NCBI GenBank assembly: GCA_934167305.1
Contig: CAKPKQ010000002.1
Coordinates: 26,791 to 90,790 of the forward strand
Source: an uncultured Clostridia bacterium
GTDB taxonomy: Bacteria > Bacillota > Clostridia > TANB77 > CAG-508
Reading direction: 5' to 3'
DNA: 64,000 bases
The notes beneath the pieces are model-generated. The model was not told where the DNA came from. It saw nothing but the letters and a program-made list of their open reading frames with translations, and searched no databases. Shown here piece after piece: positions 48,626 to 58,891 of this stretch. The first letter of the stretch is position 1. Each line of letters begins with the position of its first letter. The position numbers and the translations under genes were made by a program.

Positions 48626-50380
48626 TTATTTTTCTACTATTTTGATGTGAACATCTTTTAGTTGTTGCTCATGTACTTTGCTTGGTGCTCTCATTAGTAG
48701 GTCTCTTGCTTTTTTATTTTTTGGAAATGCTATTACTTCGCGTATGTTTTTGCTGTCTGCTACAAGCATTACCATTCTATCTAATCCAGGTGCTGCTCCT
48801 GCATGTGGTGGTGTTCCATATTGGAATGCATTATATAATGCTCCAAATCTAGTTTTTACTTCTTCTTCACTATATCCTGCAATCTCAAATGCTTTTACCA
48901 TTAGCTCTGGGTTGTGATTTCTAACAGCTCCAGATGCCACCTCATATCCATTACATACAACATCATATTGATATGCTAAAATTTCAAGTGGATCTTTTGT
49001 CATTAATGCCTCCATTCCACCTTGTGGCATTGAGAATGGGTTATGGTTGAAGTCTATTTTTCCTTCATCTGATAACTCGTACATTGGGAAATCAACTATA
49101 TAACATAAACGATATACATTTTTTTCTAATAGTTCTAATCTATTTCCTAATTCAATACGAATAGCTCCTGCTATTTTTTGAACTGCTTTAAATTCATCTG
49201 CCATAAAGAATACAGCTGAATTTGGTTTCATTCCAATTTTTTCTTCTAAATCTTTTTGTATTTCTGGTGTTATATATTTTGCAATTCCACCATTCAATAC
49301 ATTTTCACTATCTACTTTTACCCATCCTAAGATTTTTGCTCCAACTTCTTTGGTTGCAAATTCAGTCATACTGTCAAAGAATTTTCTGCTTTGTTCTGCA
49401 GCATTTTCTACTACAATTGCTTTAATTGTTTTATCTTTAAATGGTGTAAATTCAACATTTTTAAAGATTTCTGTTACATCTTGAATTATAAGTGGATTTC
49501 TTAAATCTGGTTTATCACTACCATATTTCTCCATAGCTTCTAGGTATGGTATTTTTATAAATGGTGCTTCATCTACTTTCCAGTTAGTGTGTGTTGTAAA
49601 TACTGTTCTAAATACATCTGCTAAAACCTTTAATACATCTTCTTGTTCTGCAAAACTCATTTCAAAATCAAGTTGATAAAATTCACCTGGTGCTCTATCT
49701 GCTCTTGGATCCTCATCTCTAAAGCATGGTGCTATTTGATAATATTTATCAAACCCCGAAACCATTAATAATTGTTTAAATTGTTGTGGTGCTTGAGGAA
49801 GCGCATAAAATTCTCCTGGGTGTAGTCTACTTGGTACTAAGTAATCTCTTGCTCCTTCTGGTGATGAATTTGCTAGAATTGGTGTTTGAATTTCTGTAAA
49901 ACCAAGTTCATCCATTTTTTTACGGATAGTTTTCATTATTTCACTACGAAGTATTATTGTTTTATGAATTTTGTCATTTCTTAAGTCTAAAAAACGATAT
50001 TCTAGTCTTAAATCTTCTTTTACTTCTCCTACTTTTTCTGAGTTAACTTCAAATGGCAATACATTTTTGCATTTTCCTAAAACTTCAATTTCTTGTGCTT
50101 CAATTTCAATTTCACCTGTTGGAATTTTAGTGTTTTTATTACTTCTTTCTAATACTGTTCCAACTACTTGAATTACGCTTTCTGAAACCACATTTTCCAA
50201 TTTTTCTTTTTTCTCTGCTGATATAACTATTTGAGTAATTCCAAATTGATCTCTTAAATCTATAAATATCATTGATCCAAGATTTCTAATCCTTTGTACC
50301 CATCCAGCTATTGTAACTTTTTCTCCAACATTTTTTATTGTTAATTCTCCACAGTTATGGTCTCTATACATTTTCAACAT
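48626..50380 (-). CDS. aspS: Aspartate--tRNA ligase
   Basis: 584 aa bacterial-type AspRS with an OB N-domain, FYALPQAPQQFKQLLM, the insertion domain, and GGIAKY...PHAGAAPGLDR. Confidence 0.97.
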   Translation of the reverse strand: MLKMYRDHNCGELTIKNVGEKVTIAGWVQRIRNLGSMIFIDLRDQFGITQIVISAEKKEKLENVVSESVIQVVGTVLERSNKNTKIPTGEIEIEAQEIEVLGKCKNVLPFEVNSEKVGEVKEDLRLEYRFLDLRNDKIHKTIILRSEIMKTIRKKMDELGFTEIQTPILANSSPEGARDYLVPSRLHPGEFYALPQAPQQFKQLLMVSGFDKYYQIAPCFRDEDPRADRAPGEFYQLDFEMSFAEQEDVLKVLADVFRTVFTTHTNWKVDEAPFIKIPYLEAMEKYGSDKPDLRNPLIIQDVTEIFKNVEFTPFKDKTIKAIVVENAAEQSRKFFDSMTEFATKEVGAKILGWVKVDSENVLNGGIAKYITPEIQKDLEEKIGMKPNSAVFFMADEFKAVQKIAGAIRIELGNRLELLEKNVYRLCYIVDFPMYELSDEGKIDFNHNPFSMPQGGMEALMTKDPLEILAYQYDVVCNGYEVASGAVRNHNPELMVKAFEIAGYSEEEVKTRFGALYNAFQYGTPPHAGAAPGLDRMVMLVADSKNIREVIAFPKNKKARDLLMRAPSKVHEQQLKDVHIKIVEK

Positions 50381-50448
50381 CTCCTTTTAGTCTTGCTGTT
50401 TAAATTTATTTGGTTATTATACAACTTTTTTCGCTTTATTTCAATATT

Positions 50449-51111
50449 TTATGTCTTAAAAATTGAACAAATTGCTCTCCATGCTCCAACAAATATACTA
50501 TATATTATATCTACAGCTGTTTTTACTATAGTATTTGATTCATATATTTCTATTAATAATTTATGTGTTGGCGGGAAAAACCATATAACTGCTAGGATCA
50601 CTGCAATTATGATGATTGTTTTTATTAATTCTTTTATTCTTTTCCATGTCCATCTATACTTTATTCTATAACCTAAATTTCTCAAATAATTTTCATATGC
50701 TTTTTGATATTGTTCTTCATATTGTCTTTGTATATTTCTTTTTATTTCTTCTTGTTTTTCTCTATAGTCTTCTGTATCTTCTCTCGCTCTATTATTTGTA
50801 TTTGGCTGTGTATAACTTGCATATGTTTGGTTTGTTCTACTAGTATTATATGATTCTTGCTTTGGTTGATTATATGTTTTTTCACTATCTCTTTTTATTT
50901 TAAGTTCCTCATCATATTTTCTTCTTTTTTCTTTATTACTTAAAACATCATATGCTTCATTTATTTTTTTCATAGTTTCTTCTGCACTTTTTTTATCACC
51001 ATTTTGTTGTAAATCAGGATGATATTTTTTTGCTAATACTTTATATGCTTTTTCAATTATTTCGTCTGATGCAGTTTCACTAACTTCTAATATCTCATAT
51101 AGAGTTTTCAT
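50449..51111 (-). CDS. J-domain (DnaJ-like) membrane protein
   Basis: N-terminal J domain ([30 protein letters not shown]) and C-terminal TM helices. Confidence 0.8.
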   Translation of the reverse strand: MKTLYEILEVSETASDEIIEKAYKVLAKKYHPDLQQNGDKKSAEETMKKINEAYDVLSNKEKRRKYDEELKIKRDSEKTYNQPKQESYNTSRTNQTYASYTQPNTNNRAREDTEDYREKQEEIKRNIQRQYEEQYQKAYENYLRNLGYRIKYRWTWKRIKELIKTIIIIAVILAVIWFFPPTHKLLIEIYESNTIVKTAVDIIYSIFVGAWRAICSIFKT

Positions 51112-51254
51112 CTTATCCCCCTTATTTTTTATGTTTATATTTTAATGCATATTTATTTGTTTGTAAAGTTTTCAAATATAAATCTTTTTTAAACAAATGT
51201 GGTATTTTTTTTAATTATGTGTTATAATTTCAATGTTACTTATCATGATAGGAG

Positions 51255-51794
51255 TTGAAAACGGTGAAATTAACACAAAATGGCGAAGTTTTAGCAGAAA
51301 ATAAAGTTCTAATATTATATATTTTAAATAAAGTAGAAACCCCAATTACTAATGATGACTTACTACGCTTAGTGCTTGCAGTTATAGATATGAATTATTT
51401 TTATTTCCAACAGTTTTTGCTTGATTTACTTGAAAGGCAATATATAACACGTTTTACCAAGGATGGCAAAACCGTATATAAAATAACTGACTTTGGCAAA
51501 AGTACTTTAGAGCTTACTAATGATATTATACCTGGAATAATAAAGTTAAAGGTAGACACATCATTTTCTGGTGAGCTTAAAGAAAGTGCTCAAAAAGAGT
51601 CTGTTACTGCAGAATATACTCCAAAGAGTGAATCAGAGTATACTGTTACATGTAAGATAAATGAAAATAGTACATGTGTGTTTGAAATTAGTGTTTTTGC
51701 TGGTTCTCGTGATGAGGCAAAAAGAATAGTTGATAATTGGAAAGAAAATGCATATAGAATATATCCTGAAATTTTAAATTCATTAAACAACTAA
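51255..51794 (+). CDS. DUF4364 family protein
   Basis: LAENKVLILYILNKVETPITNDDLLRLVLAVIDMNYFYFQQFLLDLLERQYI matches the DUF4364 N-terminal pattern. Non-ATG start (TTG 51255 or GTG 51264, after AGGAG). Confidence 0.6.
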   Translation: MKTVKLTQNGEVLAENKVLILYILNKVETPITNDDLLRLVLAVIDMNYFYFQQFLLDLLERQYITRFTKDGKTVYKITDFGKSTLELTNDIIPGIIKLKVDTSFSGELKESAQKESVTAEYTPKSESEYTVTCKINENSTCVFEISVFAGSRDEAKRIVDNWKENAYRIYPEILNSLNN

Positions 51795-51879
51795 TGTTAA
51801 TTTATTTTTATATACAAAATGAACCAAACTGTTTTTTATAACATTTTGGTTCATTTCATTTTATATTATTGTGTTTTTA

Positions 51880-53580
51880 TTAATGTTGAATTGCATTTTT
51901 TATTATTTCCACTATTTCATCAGTATTTACATCTTTGCTTTCACTTTCTGTTCTTTTCTTCAATTCAACTTTTCCCTCATTAACTTTTTTACCAACTGTA
52001 ATTCTAAGTGGAATTCCAATTAAATCCATATCATTAAATTTAACTCCTGGTCTTTCTTTTCTGTCATCTAATATTGTTTCAATTCCAATAGAATTTAACG
52101 TGTTATATAAATCATTTGCAACTTTTGATTGTTCTTCATTTTTAGGATCTATTAAAACTATTGCAACCTTGTATGGTGCAATGCTCATTGGCCAAATTAT
52201 TCCCTTTTCATCATTGTTTTGTTCAACTATAGCTGCAATCATTCTTTCTACGCCAATGCCATAACTTCCCATAACTACTGGTTTTAATTCATTATTTTCA
52301 TCTAAATAATTTAGTCCTAAACTTTCAGAATATTTTGTTCCAAGTTTAAATGTATTACCAACTTCTATTCCTTTTTTAAAAAACAAATGACCTTCGTGGC
52401 AATTAGGACATACATCTCCTTCTTGTACATTTACTATATCTCCAACAACATCATATTTAAAATCTTTGATATTAGCATTTATATAATGATATCCTTCTTT
52501 GTTTGCTCCACAGCAGAAGTTTTTCATTTTTAGCACTTCATTGTCTATTACTATTTTTGCGTTTAATCCAACTGGTCCTGTACAGCCAGGTACTGCATTT
52601 GATGTAGCAATTAATTCATCATCTGCAAATCCAATTTCCATTTCCTTAAGTAATTTTAGTGCTTTTACTTCATTTAAATCTCTATCTCCTCTTACAAAAA
52701 ATACCACCAATTTACCATCAACATTCATAAGCAATGCTTTTACAGTTTTCTTTATGTCTAATTTTAAAAGTTCACATACTTCTTCAATTGTGTGACATTC
52801 TCCAGTTTCTACTAACTCTAGTGGTTTTTCTGCTTCATTATCTATTTCATTGCATATATAAGGAGTTATTTCAATATTTGAAGCATAGTCACAATGATCA
52901 CATAATACTAATATATCTTCTCCAACATCTGTAACAGCTTGGAATTCTTCTGATAATAATCCTCCCATAACACCTGTATCAGCTCTAACAACTACATAAT
53001 TTAAACCTATTCTTTTACAAATTTTATTATATGCATCAAATTGTTTTTTATATGACTTATCCAAATTTTCTAAGTTAGTATCAAAACTATACGCATCCTT
53101 CATTGTAAATTCTCTAGTTCTAATTAAACCTAATCTTGGTCTTACCTCATCTCTGTATTTATTTCCAATTTGATATAAAGTATATGGCAAATCTTTGTAT
53201 GAATGTGATTTCATTGATGCTGCTAAAGCAAAAAATTCTTCATGTGTTGGTCCTAATACATAAGGTCTGTTATATCTATCATTTAGTTTAAAAATTGATG
53301 GACCAAATGCTGCGTATCTGCCTGATTTTTCAAACAAATCTACTGGCAATAACATTGGCATTGTAACTTCTTTTGCTCCCGCATTATTCATTTCTTCTCT
53401 TATAATTTTTTCAACATTTTGAGCTACTTTTTTTCCTAATGGCATTTTCATGTAAATACCATTTCCTACCTTTTTAAACATTCCGCTCTTAACAAGTAAA
53501 TTTCCACTAACTGATTCTTCATCTTTTAGGTCTTCTCTTAAAGTATAAAAAAAGCTTTCACTTAATTTCATTTTTTTCAA
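51880..53580 (-). CDS. proS: Proline--tRNA ligase (bacterial type with editing insertion)
   Basis: 566 aa with class II motifs (FRDEVRPRLGLIRTREFTMKDAYSF, GSYGIGVERMIA), an INS domain, and a C-terminal anticodon-binding domain. Confidence 0.97.
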   Translation of the reverse strand: MKKMKLSESFFYTLREDLKDEESVSGNLLVKSGMFKKVGNGIYMKMPLGKKVAQNVEKIIREEMNNAGAKEVTMPMLLPVDLFEKSGRYAAFGPSIFKLNDRYNRPYVLGPTHEEFFALAASMKSHSYKDLPYTLYQIGNKYRDEVRPRLGLIRTREFTMKDAYSFDTNLENLDKSYKKQFDAYNKICKRIGLNYVVVRADTGVMGGLLSEEFQAVTDVGEDILVLCDHCDYASNIEITPYICNEIDNEAEKPLELVETGECHTIEEVCELLKLDIKKTVKALLMNVDGKLVVFFVRGDRDLNEVKALKLLKEMEIGFADDELIATSNAVPGCTGPVGLNAKIVIDNEVLKMKNFCCGANKEGYHYINANIKDFKYDVVGDIVNVQEGDVCPNCHEGHLFFKKGIEVGNTFKLGTKYSESLGLNYLDENNELKPVVMGSYGIGVERMIAAIVEQNNDEKGIIWPMSIAPYKVAIVLIDPKNEEQSKVANDLYNTLNSIGIETILDDRKERPGVKFNDMDLIGIPLRITVGKKVNEGKVELKKRTESESKDVNTDEIVEIIKNAIQH

Positions 53581-53600
53581 TCCTTTCTATTTTTTATGTT

Positions 53601-54215
53601 TTAATTATCTTTACTTGTCTCCCTTTCGGGCATTGGAGCCTCATTTAATTCATTTTTTTCTTCAATAATATCATCTATTACTATTTGTTGATTTTCATCT
53701 AATTTATATCGTGGTAGCTCTGGAAGTTCATTTAAATTATTGAATCCAAATATTCTTAAAAATTCTGACGTAACTCCATATGTACCTGGCTTACCTGGTG
53801 CATCCAGTTTTCCCGTCTCTTCTATAAGATTATAATCTAATAGTTTATAAATTGTTCCATCTGAATTTACTCCACGTATAGACTCAATTTCAGCTCTTGT
53901 AATTTTAGGGTTATATGCAATAATTGCAAGTGTTTCTAGTGCTGCTTGTGATAAATTAGGTTTATTTCTTTTATCAAAAATTTGATATAAATACTCATAA
54001 TTTTCTTGTTTAGTGCATAATTGATATGCTTCCCCAACATTTATAATTTGAAGTCCTCTATCTTCGTTTTTGTAATCTTCTTTCATGCTTTCTACAATTG
54101 TAATTATTTCTTCTGAGCTTGCTTCTAATGCTGACATAAGCTCAGTTATTTTAACTTCTCTTCCTGCTGAAAAAAGTATTGATTCAATTACTCCTTTTGA
54201 TTTACTTATTTCCAT
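53601..54215 (-). CDS. scpB: Segregation and condensation protein B
   Basis: IESILFSAGREV..., LSQAALETLAIIAYNPKITRAEIESIRGV and PGKPGTYGVTSEFL are canonical ScpB winged-helix pairs. Confidence 0.9.
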   Translation of the reverse strand: MEISKSKGVIESILFSAGREVKITELMSALEASSEEIITIVESMKEDYKNEDRGLQIINVGEAYQLCTKQENYEYLYQIFDKRNKPNLSQAALETLAIIAYNPKITRAEIESIRGVNSDGTIYKLLDYNLIEETGKLDAPGKPGTYGVTSEFLRIFGFNNLNELPELPRYKLDENQQIVIDDIIEEKNELNEAPMPERETSKDN

Positions 54216-54356
54216 TTATTTTCACGATTCCTTTAAAATTTTTACCTATATATTATCACACGAATTCCGCTCTATGTCAAGATTTTTTCTATTTAATTGA
54301 CATTACATATTTGTTGTGATAATATAAGTTCAGTTATAAGTTTTGAGGTGATTTTA

Positions 54357-54560
54357 ATGGAAGAAAATGAAAATATTGAAGAAAACAATCAAACTGATGA
54401 AATAAAAGAACACAAAAAAATAGAAGTAATTACAGGGGATGGAAATTTAAATATTTCACCTGTATACGACCACATTGAAGTCGAAAAGCCAAGGCCAAAG
54501 GATTCACGAGAAGTGGTTGTTCCTGAAGTTAAAGATAATGTTGTAAAAAAAGAAGATTAA
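54357..54560 (+). CDS. Hypothetical small acidic protein (67 aa)
   Basis: GAGGTG RBS 7 nt upstream of the ATG at 54357 (MEENENIEENNQ...). No family recognised. Confidence 0.4.
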   Translation: MEENENIEENNQTDEIKEHKKIEVITGDGNLNISPVYDHIEVEKPRPKDSREVVVPEVKDNVVKKED

Positions 54561-54597
54561 AAAAATGGTTTTCATTAACTGAAAACCATTTTTTAAT

Positions 54598-55278
54598 CTA
54601 TATAGCCTCTTTATTTTCTTCTTCATTTCCTTCTTGATTTGCTATTTCTAAACTAGAAACAGTTACTTCATATGCTATTTTTTTCTCAACTGTTCCATCT
54701 TCATATTTCTTTTCATATTCTCTTGATTGAACTCTTCCTGTTATTTTTACTTCTGTTCCTACTGCAATATTTTCACAAAATCTAGCGTTTCTTCCCCATG
54801 CAATACATGGAATATAATCTGATTTATTATATGCTCTATTAACTGCTAATAAAATATCTGAAATTTCTCTTCCAAATGGTGTTTTTCTGTAAATTGGTTT
54901 TTTACATATATAACCATCTAAAATAACTTCATTTGAAACATTTTCTTTTCTTGTTTCTTCATTTTCTTCGCTTTCTTCTAAGAATTGAATATCTTTTACA
55001 AATACAGTTAATATTAATCTATTTTTTTCATTGTCATAACTATTATATGATCTAAATTGTCCATCAATTTGTAAGTTAGCACCTATTGTAACATCTTGAA
55101 TTGTTAATAGTCTTTCTGATATTGTTACTGGAATAATATCTGCATTTCCGCTTAAACGTGGAACACTTAAGTCAAATATGTAAAATTTTTCTCCATAAAT
55201 TTCATGACTAAATCTTTTTTCACTTGTTACCTTTCCAACCAATCTTAAATGGTTATTATCTTCATAATTTGTATTCAA
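54598..55278 (-). CDS. OB-fold, SSB-like protein (two OB-like halves)
   Basis: NHLRLVGKVTSEKRFSHEIYGEKFYIFDLSVPRLSGNADIIPVTISERLL, with a second similar half (IPCIAWGRNARF...TGRVQSREYEKK). This resembles Clostridial proteins annotated as single-stranded DNA-binding; the comparison is from memory. Confidence 0.45.
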   Translation of the reverse strand: MNTNYEDNNHLRLVGKVTSEKRFSHEIYGEKFYIFDLSVPRLSGNADIIPVTISERLLTIQDVTIGANLQIDGQFRSYNSYDNEKNRLILTVFVKDIQFLEESEENEETRKENVSNEVILDGYICKKPIYRKTPFGREISDILLAVNRAYNKSDYIPCIAWGRNARFCENIAVGTEVKITGRVQSREYEKKYEDGTVEKKIAYEVTVSSLEIANQEGNEEENKEAI

Positions 55279-55457
55279 TTTAATTTCCTCCCTACATTTG
55301 TTTCTTAATTTAGTTTATTCATAATTCGTAAAATTTAGACTATATTCTAGTCACATTATCTATTATACTACACTTTTTTGCCTTTGTCTACATAAAATGT
55401 TATTTTTTTCATTTTTGCAATAAATTAATAATTTTTAAAAGCTTGCATTTCAAGTAT

Positions 55458-56246
55458 TTATACGTCTTTTTTTAATATTTGTGTGCCATTATTATCAATA
55501 GTATAACTATCTTTATATATCAAATTAGACACTGTAACTATATCAAATCCTTTTTGCTTTATATTATTTATAATCATAGCTAAACTATCTGCAGTGTGTG
55601 CTGTTCCATTATGCATTAAAATTATATCTCCATTTTTCATTTTTGGCTCTATTTTCTTCCACATTTCATCCCCTGTAATTCCTGTATAATCCAATGTATC
55701 TAAACTCCATTGAATCGGTACATGACTAGTCGTCTTTGCGGATCTTATAACTGTATTATTATATTCTCCATATGGTGCTCTATACAAGAATGTTTTGCTA
55801 TTTGTTATTTTTTGTATTTTTCTAGATGTCTCTTCAATTTCTTTTATATTGGCATCACTGCTTAAATTATTAACATGTGGATGTGTATTAGAGTGATTTC
55901 CTATTTCATGTCCTTCATCTGCAATCTTTTTTACCGCTTCTGGATATTTATCTACCCAATTTCCTACCATAAAAAAGGTAATTTTAATATTATTTTCCTT
56001 TAATGTTTTTAATATACTGTCTATGTCATTTGCATTCCAAGCACAATTCATTGTAAGTGCAACTTTTTTATCTGTTGTTTCAACATTATAAATTGGCAAT
56101 TCTTTAACTGTACTTGAAGTTATTATTGTTCCACCATTTGTTGTTGAAAAAGCTATTGCAAATAAAATTACAACAGTTGAAAATGCAACCAAATATGAAC
56201 ATATCTTTCTTTTATTAAAAACAATAAACATTGTTATTACCTCCAA
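55458..56246 (-). CDS. pdaB: Polysaccharide deacetylase family sporulation protein (PdaB-like)
   Basis: NodB motifs (VALTMNCAW..., FFMVGNW, GHEIGNHSNTHPH, LYRAPYGEY, ILMHNG) after an N-terminal TM segment. Confidence 0.8.
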   Translation of the reverse strand: MEVITMFIVFNKRKICSYLVAFSTVVILFAIAFSTTNGGTIITSSTVKELPIYNVETTDKKVALTMNCAWNANDIDSILKTLKENNIKITFFMVGNWVDKYPEAVKKIADEGHEIGNHSNTHPHVNNLSSDANIKEIEETSRKIQKITNSKTFLYRAPYGEYNNTVIRSAKTTSHVPIQWSLDTLDYTGITGDEMWKKIEPKMKNGDIILMHNGTAHTADSLAMIINNIKQKGFDIVTVSNLIYKDSYTIDNNGTQILKKDV

Positions 56247-56330
56247 AATTTACTAATAACAATATATTCCACCTATATTTTATTTATGCAAAAAAATAAA
56301 AGGTACTGCAAATTGCAGTGCCTTTTGTTT

Positions 56331-57113
56331 TTATGCGTTTTTAGTTTCTAAGTCCCTGTATTGCGACTCTTCGATTCGAATAATTTCGTAATCATACTCT
56401 GGGTTTTGATTAATCATTGCATAAACATCTTTTTTAATTTTATTTCTGATTTCATCTTCAAAATCAATATCAGAAACGTCTTCATTGATGTTTACAGTAT
56501 AAAGTCCATGGTTAGGACAATAAAAAGTAATATGATTACTGCTGTACTTATTGTTCACTCCTTTACAGTCTATAAGTCCACAAATTCTGCAAGGTTTGCT
56601 AACTGTCAAGCTTTTAACACCAAGCCCATCCCAATAGCTTTTTCTCCTTGCTAAAATTCCTTTTGTAATCTCAATAGCTTCCTTTTGCCTTTTAAATTCT
56701 CTCTGATACCTTACCTCATATTCAACTCCTGTGAGTTTTTTATACAGGTCCAAAATGGTTGTATACTGCTGAAGGCATGTATAAAAATCAACAGTATTTT
56801 GAACATTTTTGCAATATTCAATTTTTCCTATCCAATAACTACTTCCATGTGCTGTTTCAATAACCTCACATAAAATACTTACCTCTTTTGTCTGATCAGC
56901 TTCCTTAATTTGTTTTGCTAATGTGAATGCAAAAAGTATAGTTTCCAATGCTGCAAAGTCTGGTTCTGTATTTGGCATTATTTCAATGCTAATCTTCAAC
57001 CGTTGTTTTTTTAAGTCTGTTAACATGCCTGTTATAACGTCTTTTTCAAGTATGCTATAACCGTTTTTCAGTACCTTACACGAAAGTCCATCGCAAAAAA
57101 TGCGCATAAACAC
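56331..57113 (-). CDS. Hypothetical protein with a putative zinc ribbon (CRICG...CPNHG)
   Basis: 260-aa ORF (the start may be the MRIF ATG at 57107). No family recognised. By eye it is more G+C-rich than its neighbours. It lies between pdaB and murI. Confidence 0.5.
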   Translation of the reverse strand: MFMRIFCDGLSCKVLKNGYSILEKDVITGMLTDLKKQRLKISIEIMPNTEPDFAALETILFAFTLAKQIKEADQTKEVSILCEVIETAHGSSYWIGKIEYCKNVQNTVDFYTCLQQYTTILDLYKKLTGVEYEVRYQREFKRQKEAIEITKGILARRKSYWDGLGVKSLTVSKPCRICGLIDCKGVNNKYSSNHITFYCPNHGLYTVNINEDVSDIDFEDEIRNKIKKDVYAMINQNPEYDYEIIRIEESQYRDLETKNA

Positions 57114-57226
57114 TTCTCCTTTCTTAATCTAAGTTAGGCTTTTTACGTTGGCTATTTAAGTCAATCTCTTATATTATAGCACTTTTAAAAGATATTGTCA
57201 ATATATGGAAATATTATTTCCATTAT

Positions 57227-58036
57227 TTAACTTAAAAATTCTATTTCTTCCTTTACTGGTCTAGCTTTTATTTCCATTCCTAAAAGTTTTCCTGCAACAT
57301 CATTAAATTTACATTCTGTTTCTGTAAGGTATATATCTAAATTTTGATCGTTATCTGCCATTTCATTTTTTGCTTCTAACATTCTTTTAGTCTCTTTAGC
57401 TACATGTTCTCCTATGTTTATTACTTCAACATTTTTTCCCACTTTCTTTTCTATTAATCTTGTAAGCAATGGAAAATGAGTACATCCTAGAATTATTGCA
57501 TCTATATTTTTTAGTGGTTTTAAATATTCATTTATCGCTAATTCTGCAATCTTGTTATCATTCCATCCTTCTTCTACCATTGGTGCTAAAAGTGGACATG
57601 CAATACTTTGTACATCTGCATCTTCAATTTCATCTAATATTGCATTTTCCCATCCTTTACTTCTGATTGTTCCTGCAGTAGCTATTACTCCTATTTTCTT
57701 TTTTTGAATTTGTTTTATGTAATTTACAGTTGGTGTTATAACACCAATTATTGGAATATCATATAAATTTTTTACTTCATCTAAAGCTTGGCTAGTTGCT
57801 GTACCACATGCAATTACAACCAGTTTTACACCTTTACTTATTAAAAATTCTATTCCACTTTTAGTTAGTTCAATTATACTCTCTTTTGATTTACTTCCAT
57901 ATGGAAATCTTTTTGTATCTCCTAAATATACAAAGTCTTCATTTGGCATTGCTTTCATTAATTCTTTTAATACTGTCATTCCTCCTACACCTGAGTCAAA
58001 TACTCCTATTGGTTTATTGTTCATTTTTTGTTTCAT
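57227..58036 (-). CDS. murI: Glutamate racemase
   Basis: Motifs IGVFDSGVGGMTV, YLGDTKRFPYG, VIACGTAT and LGCTHFPLL. Confidence 0.92.
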   Translation of the reverse strand: MKQKMNNKPIGVFDSGVGGMTVLKELMKAMPNEDFVYLGDTKRFPYGSKSKESIIELTKSGIEFLISKGVKLVVIACGTATSQALDEVKNLYDIPIIGVITPTVNYIKQIQKKKIGVIATAGTIRSKGWENAILDEIEDADVQSIACPLLAPMVEEGWNDNKIAELAINEYLKPLKNIDAIILGCTHFPLLTRLIEKKVGKNVEVINIGEHVAKETKRMLEAKNEMADNDQNLDIYLTETECKFNDVAGKLLGMEIKARPVKEEIEFLS

Positions 58037-58228
58037 TCCTTCCTTAAAGCATATATTTTATTTAAATTTCTTCTTTTTTATCTTATACATTATACTTCAT
58101 TGATGTGAATTTTACCATATTTTTTTATTTATTTTTTCATGTAGCCCACTGTAACGTACTTGTTTTTTATCACATTTTGTCGATTTTCTTCATATAATAT
58201 AAAAAAAGGAAAGGAAGGAATTAAAGTT

Positions 58229-58681
58229 ATGGATTTTGATAAAAATATATGCCCAGTTTTAAATGTAGATGGAGTTATGGCTACTGGAAAACAATATGAC
58301 TTAGAAATCAACTTACCAGAAGACAATAGAACTGTTATTTACGGAATTATTAAAGACTGCTATCAAGAACCTGTTTGTGATGCAGTTGTTAAATTAGTAG
58401 AAGTTGTTTGTGAGCACGGTATGGATGAAAGAAGACCAGTTTCTCATACTTTTACAGATAAAAATGGTGAATTCGTTTTTGGACCTCTATGTGCTAACCG
58501 TGTATATGAAATTGAAGTATGGGTTGACAGAGTAAAACATTGTAAAGTATGTACTTCATGCAAACATGAAGGAAAGTGCTTAAAAGGTGTTGAATTAAAA
58601 TGCAACCCTTGTCAAGAAAAGCCATGTGAGAGACCATGTGAAAAACCTTGTGAAGGACCTTGTAATAAAAATTGTAGATAA
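58229..58681 (+). CDS. Cysteine-rich protein with a carboxypeptidase-regulatory-like beta-sandwich core (possible spore coat component)
   Basis: GGAAGGA RBS before the ATG at 58229. The core is IYGIIKD...VVKLVEV...TDKNGEFVFGPL...YEIEVW. The C-terminal tail is CKVCTSCKHEGKC...CNPCQEKPCERPCEKPCEGPCNKNC. Confidence 0.55.
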   Translation: MDFDKNICPVLNVDGVMATGKQYDLEINLPEDNRTVIYGIIKDCYQEPVCDAVVKLVEVVCEHGMDERRPVSHTFTDKNGEFVFGPLCANRVYEIEVWVDRVKHCKVCTSCKHEGKCLKGVELKCNPCQEKPCERPCEKPCEGPCNKNCR

Positions 58682-58691
58682 TTATTAAAAT

Positions 58692-58715
58692 GGAGCTTAG
58701 AAAATTCTAAGCTCC
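58692..58715. terminator. Bidirectional terminator hairpin
   Basis: GGAGCTTAGAaaatTCTAAGCTCC between convergent genes. Confidence 0.7.
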
Positions 58716-58721
58716 TTAATT

Positions 58722-58862
58722 TTACCAAATTCCCATTCTTCTTGCTAATTTTTTACCCTTTTTCATCATTTTTCTTTTGTTATCTCCCATAGCCTCTGAA
58801 TACATCATTGCAACACCGGCAGTTACTATTCCACCTATTAACATTCCTTTTACAAATTTCAT
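58722..58862 (-). CDS. Small membrane protein (46 aa), not in the ORF track
   Basis: MKFVKGMLIGGIVTAGVAMMYSEAMGDNKRKMMKKGKKLARRMGIW has one TM helix and a basic tail. An AAAGGA RBS lies about 10 nt upstream. Confidence 0.5.
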   Translation of the reverse strand: MKFVKGMLIGGIVTAGVAMMYSEAMGDNKRKMMKKGKKLARRMGIW

Positions 58863-58891
58863 CTTGCTTCATCCTTTCATAAACTATTTTC

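Noticed and set aside
50381-50448. T-box leaders upstream of aspS (and proS at 53581-53600)
   Set aside because: The upstream gaps are only about 68 nt and 20 nt. That is too short for a T-box riboswitch, so both synthetase genes appear to be co-transcribed with upstream genes.
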